This document shows positions 39,401 through 51,400 of a stretch of DNA of 64,000 nucleotides, one piece after another (the stretch's first letter is position 1; each line of letters opens with the position of its first letter). The DNA is taken from assembly GCF_037042905.1 (NCBI RefSeq), contig NC_087246.1, forward strand, positions 7,752,001 through 7,816,000, read 5' to 3'. The DNA comes from Lytechinus pictus (Eukaryota). The notes beneath the pieces were generated by a model that saw nothing but the letters and a program-made list of their open reading frames with translations, searched no databases and was not told where the DNA came from. The translations under genes were made by a program, and so were the position numbers.

Positions 39401-42400
39401 TTAGATGGACCTCTGTTATGAGTTTGGCGATCCCACCTCGAAGCTATAGAAAGTTATTGTGTGTACAACACAGCACAGTGCCGGTCATGAAAAGTTCATT
39501 GACCTTTGACCTTTTACTTTATTCAAATTCGACTCATATTCGAACTTGACCTGTGCCTTCAGGAGATGCACCTCTGGTATGAATTTGGTGATCCCACCTC
39601 GAAGATATAGAAAGTTATTATGTGTACAACACAGCACAGTGCCAGTCATGGAAAGTTCTTTGACCTTTGACCTTATTCAAATTCGACTCATATTCGAACT
39701 TGACCTGTGCCTTCAGGAGATGGACCTCTGGTATGAATTTGGTGATCCCACCTCGAAGATATAGAAAGTTATTACGTGTACAACACAGCACAGTGCCAGT
39801 CATGGAAAGTTCATTGACCTTTGACCTTATTTAAATTCGACTCATATTCGAACTTGACCTGTGCCTTCAGGAGATGAACCTCTGGTATGAATTTGGTGAT
39901 CCCACCTCGAAGCTATAGAAAGTTATTGGGTGTACAACACAATTGTTGACGACGACGACGACGCCGACACCGGAAATAGTGATACCTATGTCGCGCTCCG
40001 CTTCGCAGGCGAGACAAAAAAGGATGGATATATCTGCTTACATCATCTGTGCTGACCTCCGTGTCTTCATCCCTTGGTCTGTTAGAGTGACCCTTGAAAA
40101 GTTGTGCTATTCTACCAACATTCTTATTATCCATCCCACGTACCACCTTCCTTGTCTTCTCTATCAAGTCAATCAACACGTTGTTAGGCCTGTCCCTTGT
40201 TACAAATTCCAGCTACAGAAAGAAACAAAAAATATATATAAATGAAGATTATAACATGGATTCATATTAACAAAAAAAAATACTTAAATTAATTAGAAAG
40301 AAATAAAAATATAGGATATTTTAAATACTCAAACCAATAATAATTATAATCTTCTTTGGAATGGAAAATTAAAACTACTTTGCCAATTTCAGTTTTATAT
40401 TAATTTCAATTTGATCAATACATACCATTCTATTTTATTAGTTCTTTACCTTGCTTGTGAGCTTTGGTCATTCTATTATCTACATACAATGTTAATTTTT
40501 TTACTGTACAGGACAAAATTTTTAACAGATTATACATTCTGTTTCTTTTTATCCTGATAATATATATGTAAATTTGCAAAAGATTCATTCACTGGTTGTA
40601 CTGAAAAATGTAACCCTTGTCTAAATATGCATAAAGTTCATAAATGATGTGTAATCATTGTGCATTTATGCATATTGATAACCATACAATCTATGGATAA
40701 CAACATGGAAAAGGATAAATAGAAAATCAAAGCCTGGATGAAATCATGAAAGCACTGATCTTACCTGTAATAACTGTGATGCACTGTGATGGCTACCTGG
40801 GTTCTTGGCCAGGCAAGCCTTGATGAAATCATGGAAGCACTGATCTTACCTGTAATAACTGTGATGCACTGGGATGGCTACCAGGCTTCTTGGCCAGGCA
40901 AGCCTTGATGAAATCATGGAAGCACTGATCTTACCTGTAATAACTGTGATGCACTGTGATGGCTACCTGGGTTCTTGGCCAGGCAAGCCTTGATGAAATC
41001 ATGGAAGCACTGATCTTACCTGTAATAACTGTGATGCACTGGGATGGCTACCAGGCTTCTTGGCCAGGCAAGCCTCGATGAAATCATGGAAGCACTGATC
41101 TTACCTGTAATAACTGTGATGCACTTGGATGGCTACCAGGCTTCTTGGCCAGGCAAGCCTCGATGAAATCATGGAAGCACTGATCTTACCTGTAATAACT
41201 GTGATGCACTGGGATGGCTACCAGGCTTCTTGGCCAGGCAAGCCTTGATGAAATCATGGAAGCACTGATCTTACCTGTAATAACTGTGATGCACTGTGAT
41301 GGCTACCTGGGTTCTTGGCCAGGCAAGCCTTGATGAAATCATGGAAGCACTGATCTTACCTGTAATAACTGTGATGCACTGGGATGGCTACCAGGCTTCT
41401 TGGCCAGGCAAGCCTCGATGAAATCATGGAAGCACTGATCTTACCTGTAATAACTGTGATGCACTGTGATGGCTACCTGGCTTCTTGGCCAGGCAAGCCT
41501 TGATGAAATCATGGAAGCACTGATCTTACCTGTAATAACTGTGATGCACTGTGATGGCTACCAGGCTTCTTGGCCAGGCAAGCCTCGATGAAATCATGGA
41601 AGCACTGATCTTACCTGTAATAACTGTGATGCACTTGGATGGCTACCAGGCTTCTTGGCCAGGCAAGCCTCGATGAAATCATGGAAGCACTGATCTTACC
41701 TGTAATAACTGTGATGCACTGGGATGGCTACCAGGCTTCTTGGCCAGGCAAGCCTTGATGAAATCATGGAAGCACTGATCTTACCTGTAATAACTGTGAT
41801 GCACTGTGATGGCTACCAGGCTTCTTGGCCAGGCAAGCCTTGATGAAATCATGGAAGCACTGATCTTACCTGTAATAACTGTGATGCACTTGGATGGCTA
41901 CCAGGCTTCTTGGCCAGGCAAGCCTCGATGAAATCATGGAAGCACTGATCTTACCTGTAATAACTGTGATGCACTGGGATGGCTACCTGGCTTCTTGGCC
42001 AGGCAAGCCTTGATGAAATCATGAAAGCACTGATCTTACCTGTAATAACTGTGATGCACTGGGATGGCTACCAGGCTTCTTGGCCAGGCAAGCCTTGATG
42101 AAATCATGGAAGCACTGATCTTACCTGTAATAACTGTGATGCACTGGGATGGCTACCTGGCTTCTTGGCCAGGCAAGCCTTGATGAAATCATGGAAGCAC
42201 TGATCTTACCTGTAATAGCTGTGTTGCACTGGGGCGGCTGTCCGGCTCCTTGGCCAGGCAAGCCTTGATGAAATCATGGAAGCACTGGTTCCAGCCAGAT
42301 GTTGATAATGATGGAGGGTCATTCTGAGCAATATGATACAGGGCACTCATGGCATTCATGTTAAATAACGGTGGTTTTCTTTCAGCTGCCATAATAATAA

Positions 42401-45400
42401 ATAAAAGAATAAGACATCACACATGCGGAAGAACAATAACACAATCTCTTGATTCAATAATCAAAATACACAGGAAAAAAAAATCTGAAAAACGTCAATT
42501 AAAGTTTACATGAAAATACCTTAGTAGGGCCAAGTTAAAACCTTTAAATGCCATTCAAACAACAGTTAAAAGCGTAAAGGTTTTCCTATTTTGACAACTG
42601 TTAAAACCATATATAGATCCAGTGCCTTGGGGAAAAAAGAAACCTTCCTCAAAAGTTTCTGAAATTTCACATTTTACATCTAAACATTCATGAAATCAAC
42701 ATCTTTTTTCCATATTTCCTTGAAATTTTTTTGATTTAGCTGGAAACTACCAAAAATGAAGAATATTCACCTCTTCCTTGACTCAGGAAGATTGTTATGT
42801 GATGTTACACTTGGTGAATATTGTAGTACACTGGTAGACTTTCATGGTGTTGACAGAGTGTAAAATTGTAAAAAAACAATCACAACAATCATAAGATTGT
42901 TTCCAGTTAATGTCTATATGAAAGTCTACAGGTGAGACTAAAATATAGACTGAGTGTGACATCATAAAACAATTTTCAGAGTCAAGAAAGAGGTAAATAT
43001 TCTTAATTTTCATGGATTTAATGATGCAAATTCAGGCCATAATTTTTGAGGAGCACGATCGCGCCACTGTGCTCGTAACAAAAAATAAGAACGAAATATC
43101 GCGCTCCTAAAAAAAAAAAAAAAACTACCAAAAGTTGCTGAAATTTCACATTTTACATCTTTATATTCATGAAATAGGCATCTATTTTCCATAATTCTTT
43201 GAAATCATTTTGATTTAGTTGGAAACTACCGAAAAATGAGGGGATATTCACCTCTTCCCTGACTCTGATTTATGATGTTAAACTCAGTAAATATTGTAGT
43301 CCCATATGTAGATTTCCATGGTGTCGACCAAGTGTTGCAACACCATGGAAGTCTACATGTGGGACTACAATATTTACCAATTGTAACATCATCAATCAGA
43401 GTCAAGAAAGAGCTGAAAATTCTTCATTTTCCTGATAGTTTTTAACTGTAAATCAAAATAATTTCAAGGAATTATGGAAAATAGATGGCCATTTGATGGA
43501 ATTAACGGAGTAAAGTGTGAAATTTTAGCAATTTTTGTATTAAAAAAAATTTAAAGCATGAGTGCGATAATTTGTAAACGTAATGACCCAGGCCTAGTTT
43601 CACCACAGATTAATTAATAGCTACACACCTATTGCATTTACAATTTTAAGAAAAATCTACAATTTAGCATACATGTATTGTATTAAATTGATTTAGCTCC
43701 TCGAAAAAAATAAGGAGAGCGATTTATCGACCTCCACGACATTATAAACATGAAGGACTGTAAAATGTGAAACTTAAGCAACTTTTGATGAAGGTTGTAA
43801 AACAATCTTTCAGAATCAAGGAGGTAAATATTCATTTTCTTAAAAGTTTCCAAATAAAAACAATTTCAAGGAAATATGGAAAATGGATGGCCAGCTTATG
43901 GATCTATCTAATGATGCAAAATACAAAATTTTATCAACTTCTGGTGAAGGCTTTTTTTTTAAACCCCAGCCGGTTAACCGTAAACACCTGTTTATTAATA
44001 ACGTAATGACTCAGGCCTATACCTTAGAATGTTTTATTCAGGGAAAATTTTGACAAAGACAATTGAATAATTGCATACAAAAAAAAAAAAATATACCATA
44101 AATTGTCATAACAATCAGTCAACATGAATTAATTATGATGGGAAGGGGAAAACTTTCAACCACATCTTTTCAGTCAAATTCATCTTGTCTGTTTTCAGGA
44201 ATCTGTTTTTTTTTCCTTGTAGTTTTAGTTCTTTTAGTTTCTAAATTTATGTTACATACTAAATTAACATTCTGATAAAATATCTAATCATGACCCATAA
44301 AAATTATTAAATTCAGTATCAAAATTACCACTGCCTTTGGTAAGAAGTTGATGGTGTATTACCATATACATGTATTTGTAAATTGAATAAGCAGATTGGA
44401 TATTCTTACCTAATTCAATACATGTTATTCCTAGTGACCAGACATCAACCTTGCCATCATACTGCCCCTCATCCATGGCAAGTATTACTTCAGGAGCCAT
44501 CCTGGGAGAAAATGGTATTTTCTTCTTAGTTTTTCATTACATACTTTAAGCAGAGATCTTTGTCTTCACAAGTGCCACATGAAGATTTCATTACCGATAT
44601 AATGCATCACCATCAATCACAAATATAGGACATTGCATTTCACTATCTCTATAATTTTTTTATAACATTAGAAAACTGGTTGGTAAAGGTGTGTCACAAT
44701 GGAAAAATCACGATATTATTTTACAACGACTGATACAGTAAATGACAACTGTAGTACAGCTTGCTCTTTTCTAAATTAATCGTTCATTAATTTCAAATAA
44801 AATGCACATTAACGCACCAATAGTGTACTATGTTCATATTGAGTTTAAGAAGAATCTGAACAATTGCGAAAATAAAGATGATACTCACCAAAATGGTGTT
44901 CCTACGAATGAGTTGGCTGGATTTACTAATGAAGCTGAACCAAAGTCACCTGGATTTGATAACAAACGGCATTTATTCTCAATGCATTGGCAGAGTATTT
45001 CATGTAGTTTAATATACAAATTCAACACAAATCTATAAGACCCAACTTTTCTCTCAGCCATCTGTAACATCAATTAAGCATTAAGTCTTCACAACAGACA
45101 CTCGTATTTCATGACATAACAAAAAAACAAAAACAAAACACCAAACATGAAAAAAAAGGGGGACTGGTAGCTTAAAAAAAAGAGACACACATAGTAAAAT
45201 GACAATCAGTACTCAATTAAATGCCCACAGGCAAACAAAGAAAAGCAAGAAACAGCAAGTTATGTTATTTTCAGAGCTGAATATCATCAGAAATAAGCCT
45301 AAGACACATGTATGATACACTTTCATTACCAGCATCACTTTGTCATTATGTTATTGATATTGATTATTAACAGCAGTATATCTGATGGAGGCTATACTCA

Positions 45401-48400
45401 CCTAATTTAACAGTCCCATGCTCTGTGAGAAGAATGTTGGCAGCTTTGACATCTCTATGTATTGTCTCATAGTTGTGAAGGTATTGTAGACCCTGAAGAG
45501 CTCCCTCACACACTGCGGCTATTTCATCCTCTTGTAAAGGTTTCTTATGTACTGCAAATATAAAAAAAAATGTATTATGTATAAATGAATCTTCCACATC
45601 CAATAGCACTGTTGATAATGCAAAGCAGTAATTTGTTGTAATAACTCAAATGAAATGTATAACAGGTATTTAAAATTCCTTTTATTTTTTTACAGACAGG
45701 AAAAGGTATTGATTCATACAAAAAATTGTTTTTTTTTAATACTTAAAGCTACATGTGTATATATTAGGGCTACTATTTGGTTAAATTTCAATCTAAGAAT
45801 AATGACATGCAAGGTCAATATGCATGTTTTGTAATGTCTTTCAAATTCACTTAACTTCATCAGAAAATTCATAATGCACTAAGGAGCAAAAAAATAATAT
45901 TTATGTTATAGTCCCCAGTATTCAGACATAGATAGAACATGTATGACCATAACCTATTCCCATCAATTACATGTAGAGCATGATCGGTTAAGGGTTAGCA
46001 TTGAGGTGAAATTTTTTTTTATAGATATTTTTATCAAAATTGCTTTTAAGATAATCTTTGATATCTCAGGTTTCAAAGAACTCAGTTTCATGAAGATTGA
46101 TAAATCCGAAAGTACTGGAATAGTCCATTTTATTCGTGGGGGTGCTCTTACCTCTCATCACGGACGGACATTTTTACTCAAATTAAATTCTCTCTAGTTT
46201 TATTGTTTTTAAAGTTATTCTAATTTGGTTTGGATGTTCTTGCACTCTGAACATTAATCTATTATCAAACATAAATTAGTAGAAAAAAAATATTGGGAAG
46301 TAATTTTTTTTGGTAGGTGTGAACATTTCCATTTTGAAATTTCCGTCCGTGATGAAAAAAAATATAAAAAGTTGTTTATTTTTTATCAGAATAGAAATAA
46401 AAAATAAAAAGGTGTAGAGGTATCTCACTAAACACTATACATCATTTTATTCGAACATAGCTGAAATCCATACATTTTATCCATATCATAAACTCAATCA
46501 AAAATGATCACGGACGGACATTAATTTCATCACGGACGGACAATGTAAATTCACTCAAATTCAATTCACTCTAGTTTTATTGTTTTCAAAGTTACTCCAA
46601 TTTGGTTTGGATTTTCTTGTACTCTGAGCATTAATCTATCATCAAACATAAATTAGTAGAAAAAATATGGGAAGTAAATTTTTCTGGTAGATGTTAACAT
46701 TCCATTTTGAAATTTCCATCCATGATGAAATTAATGTCCGTCCGTGATCATTTTTATTGAGTTTATGATATGGATAATATGTATGGATTCAGCTTTTTAT
46801 TCTTTATCAGAATAGAAACAAAAATAGAAGTGTGTAGAAGCATCTCACTAGACACTGTACATCATTTCATTTGAATATATCTAAAATTCATACATTTTAT
46901 CCATATCATAAATCAATCAAAATAATCGCAGACGGAATAAATTTCATCACGGACAGACAATAAGCAAATACTGAGCAGATTATGAATTTAATTTTAGTTC
47001 CAATTTGCAGTGAAAAATGGTACTGAGAATTATTCAGAACTCAAATGGATGGAAACCTACAACTCTTCACAATTTTTTGTGAAATCTTTCTTTGGCTGTA
47101 AACCTGTTATTGGGGCTTAATTGTTGTCAGGAATTTTTTAAAAAACATAATTGGAATGCAGATAGAGTTGGAAGCTACATGTATGCCAAAAAGCAGGAAA
47201 TGAAATAGAGCAAGAATAAGTCAAAAGCTGTATATTTCATCAATTGAAGCTTGCAGAAAATGATGGAAAAGAAGAAAGTAGAATGCATATTCTGATAAGC
47301 AGAAAAAAAATAATAATTTTTTCCATGTACAAACCTATGGATTCACAATGCTTCTAACAGAACATGACATCACGTCCTTGAGGCTTGTGAAAAGTACAAG
47401 AATTCCTTTTTTTAAAGTCCCTTTTGGAGCTAATTTTGAGCAAATTGCTGATCTGGTAATCTTGAAAATGCATACAATTGAAAAGCTTGCACTGCAGTTT
47501 AGAAGTTTAATTGGTATCTGATTTAAATTTTGGATCGGTCAGGGCCTAAATACGTGAGGGCTGTTGATGTGAAGGGGTGTCTCCACTTTAATATGGACAA
47601 AAGATGAATTTGAAGAGAGCCTGGACAAGTGTTGTGGTCATACTTGATACTTTTGTTGGACATTAAAAAAAATATGTGCTCTTCGAAAATTAATGCCTAA
47701 AAATGTATGAACATGTATCATCATGATATATCATAAAAAGTATCAACATGATCACTGATCCACTGGATGTTGATTTGGTACCAACTAAAGTATTCTCTAA
47801 ATTTAAAAGGAAGACAATGTGCATTAGGATATTTGATTTTGAAAAGAACTGTGTTTAAAAGCAATCATATGACTAGATTATTTTGTGTGTCTAGCATAGA
47901 AAACATTTTGCTACAACTTAAATCAAGTTGTAGCAACTTGATTGTGCAACTAATATTGTTGAATCATATAAAAAATGTACAAATCATCAATACAATAGCA
48001 TTTGTTCCCCCAAACAAGTAATAAGAACTTCTTACAAGGTACTTCCAATGTATTTTAATTGTGTCCGTCCGTGATGTCCGTCCGAGATGTCCGTCCGAGA
48101 TGGAAAATATTTGCAATTCTCTCAGAAGTTTGATATTAGTTAAGAATTCAATATGCTGAACATAGAAGCTAACATACCTGAGTGTAAGTTGCATTAACAA
48201 TTATTGGTCAAAGTTAAGCTATTTAGATAGAAACAATAAAAATGTTCAAAGATTCTGAAAACCACATTTCTATCATGTCCGTCCGTGATATGGCACATTT
48301 AGTGGCTACCTATGTTTGTAGGTAACCATGGCAACAAACTTTTTTCATCATTCAGCATACTTTGTCCTACCCTTCACTATAAAACACAAAGGAACCATGT

Positions 48401-51400
48401 TCATCTTATTCCTAATTTGTTACAAGCGTTCAAAGTTTTCAAAATCTATCAAATGTCCGTCCGTGATGAACCGATCACGCTCTGTACACCATTTAGAGAT
48501 ATATCAAAACACAAGAAATATGATAATTTCATATCATAACATAAATTCTAGATGAAGTTACTTGAAATTGGTACCTAGAATACTGATATCATATAACGAT
48601 TAGATAAGTGCTAATATGATTATCACTTTCTGTTTGATATGAATCCTGATTTCCTTGTCTACCTGAACACGCACAGTATTTCATGAGCGCAGAATGTAAA
48701 CAAATCATCCTGTGTAAATTGAAACCACAAGTTCTACTCACAGCATCAGAAATGTCAACTAAAGCATGTAATATACACTAATGTAATGTCCTTTTTTTAG
48801 TAAAGATTGGGTTCATTATGAAGCAGGATATTCAGATTTTAACAGGTTAATTGTAGAAGTCAAACTCCTGTTCAGGAAGCAAAGAGGGGTTACTCAAAAG
48901 GCATAAAATTGCAACATCAAGTGAAAGATATCCTGAACTGTAATATCATTTCATTTTGGTCATTTGTTTCATTTTTATTTTTATTACAAATTAATTCTAT
49001 TCATACATGCTACATGTAGTCATTTGTTTATCTTCTTCATTCTATTCATTGCTGCAGTGCCACTGATTTAACTTTAAAATGTATAAAAGTCTCATTGGGC
49101 ACAGTGAACGTTGAACAATTCTTAGTTATAAATATGCTTGTATTTAGAATCTAATGTCATGCACACAAAGATATTATCTCAATCTACTATACATGTACGA
49201 CATCATCACATGTTTAGTACAATCTTGTAAGATTTATGCTGTCACACCCAAATAAATTACCATGCAAAGTAGATTTCTCTACATATCAATTTCAGTATCA
49301 AAGAAATATGACATTCTGATTGGTATAATGACTTGCTCATCAAAAAATACATGTCTACAATGTACATGTATGTGATTAATAATGAGAGTTGAGTCACTGC
49401 TATGGACTGACTGCACAACTAAAACCAATTTTCCTGGAAATAAAAATGCCTTAATGCATGCATGCCTGCCTTCTACCATTTGATGACAAAGATTCACCAT
49501 GCATTGCTCAAGTGGAATGATCAAGTAAAATTCAGTTCATTGGGTTGTCAATGTCCCTCCCCCTCCCTATCCCCCCCTTGCCTCGATAAACATGTACATG
49601 TAGAACACCTCTGACAGTCTTGCCTGCAATACCCAATGGAATATACATGTAGTAGCAGTGCGGACTCTCAAAACTACATGTAAGATGAATAAATTTTCAA
49701 GAATCAAAAAACGATAATTTGATATTATGATAATAATGTTGATGCTTGTTGACCTCAAATGAACTTTGACCTCGACTAAGAAACCTGTGTTTCATTTCGT
49801 ATCATTTGTGATATTTGATAACCAACTCATTTACATGTTTCATTTCATTTGATTTAAAAATGAAAAAAAAAATGCTTATCTACGTAAATTAATCTAAAAT
49901 GGCCTTTGACCTTGACCCAGTAATCTGAAACTATACTCACCTAATTTCTGATACCTATTATTTCCCATTATGTCCATGTTCAATATAATACTGACCTGTA
50001 TAATTTCAAATTGTCTTGAAAATAAAAAATCCTCACTTCAGTAATTTTACCCTAAAATCGCTCTCGCTCTGCTAAGCAGATGAGACAAAGAGGAAAAATG
50101 CCTCATGAAAATATTGAAGAAATTATTTTTTTTAAGTATTACAACTGAAAATTTAATATATAAAACAACAATTATATAAGGGACGAAGTTAATTAAATTT
50201 TACTTTCTGCACCGTCCCAAATTATTCCAGAATTCTATTGTCAATTAGTCATGGTTACCCAACATGATAAACTTGATATAGCGAGTTTGAGACTATTTTT
50301 GCTACTAACCATCTAAAACATCTGATGCAGATCCAAGACAATACTCCATGGCAAGCTGAAACAGAAAAGAGGGAAATTACGTAAATTATTATTTCATATT
50401 TCAAATTAGTCAGCATTTCATCCTATTTTGTCTCAAGAATTCTCTGATGCAACACAATTCATCAACACCAAGATAATTTTATCTGGCTTTCTTTGCAGAT
50501 AGAATCGTGTTTAAATACCCCCCCCCCCAAAAAAAAAAAAAAAAAAATCAAGCTATTTGTGATCTGTCTAGTTGTACTTTATTGTAACTCACTGTGGTAA
50601 GTGGGCCACAGATATTTGCCATAAATGATTGACATAAACACCATCATCATCATACCAAATAGCAAGTGCATAGTATGCAAATCATGTATTTATGCTTGAC
50701 TTTTCCCCAACCTTCAATTACAAAATGTATATTTGGTTGAAGCACTGCCACGGTGCAATTAGCACATAAGAATAGAGACACCATCTGAAATATGCATTCT
50801 TTTTAGAGAAAAAAAAAGCTATGGTGAGGACTTTGCTTGCTGCACATACTACAATGTAGATACATGTACGCCTGTAGTGTTATAAAAGAGAGCAGATGTG
50901 ACCTGTTAATTTTTGCAATCCTAGAAAATATGGAGGGATGTGATTAAACTATCCACCATAAATTCATTCTGCTGACATATTTTGTAAAATATATAATGCA
51001 AGTTTTTAAAATTTGTGATATTGGTGACAGTGAAGGCATCTCAGGTATTCACAATACTAAAGCAAAAACACTGCGCAAGGCTGGAAATACTTCATGCTTG
51101 TAGCATATAATGTACATACCCTTGCTGCAACACATTCATAAATGACCATAATTCGTAAAATATCACAATACTACCACTACCAATGGGAGGTGATCCTAAG
51201 AGAACACCCCCCCCCCCTTCCTACCCTATCAGAATATTTTAATGAAAGAAGATAATCCCCCCCCCCCTCTTGTATAGTTCTGAGAAAGGCCAATCTGAAT
51301 AATGTTTAACAAACCTCTACATTTCCCACTGTATGTACATGTATGCACAATTATGCAGACTTTATCAAGTTAGCTTTTCCCAAACCGAGGCAGCTAAGCT

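Noticed and set aside
39913..40041. Protamine-like RCRRRRRR tail of ORF 39913..40179
   Set aside because: It is read-through past the donor into the (GAC)n microsatellite of a HINE-like element.
40730..42287. CRISPR-like regular array
   Set aside because: There are no unique spacers and no cas genes; the units are whole tandem copies of a eukaryotic exon end.
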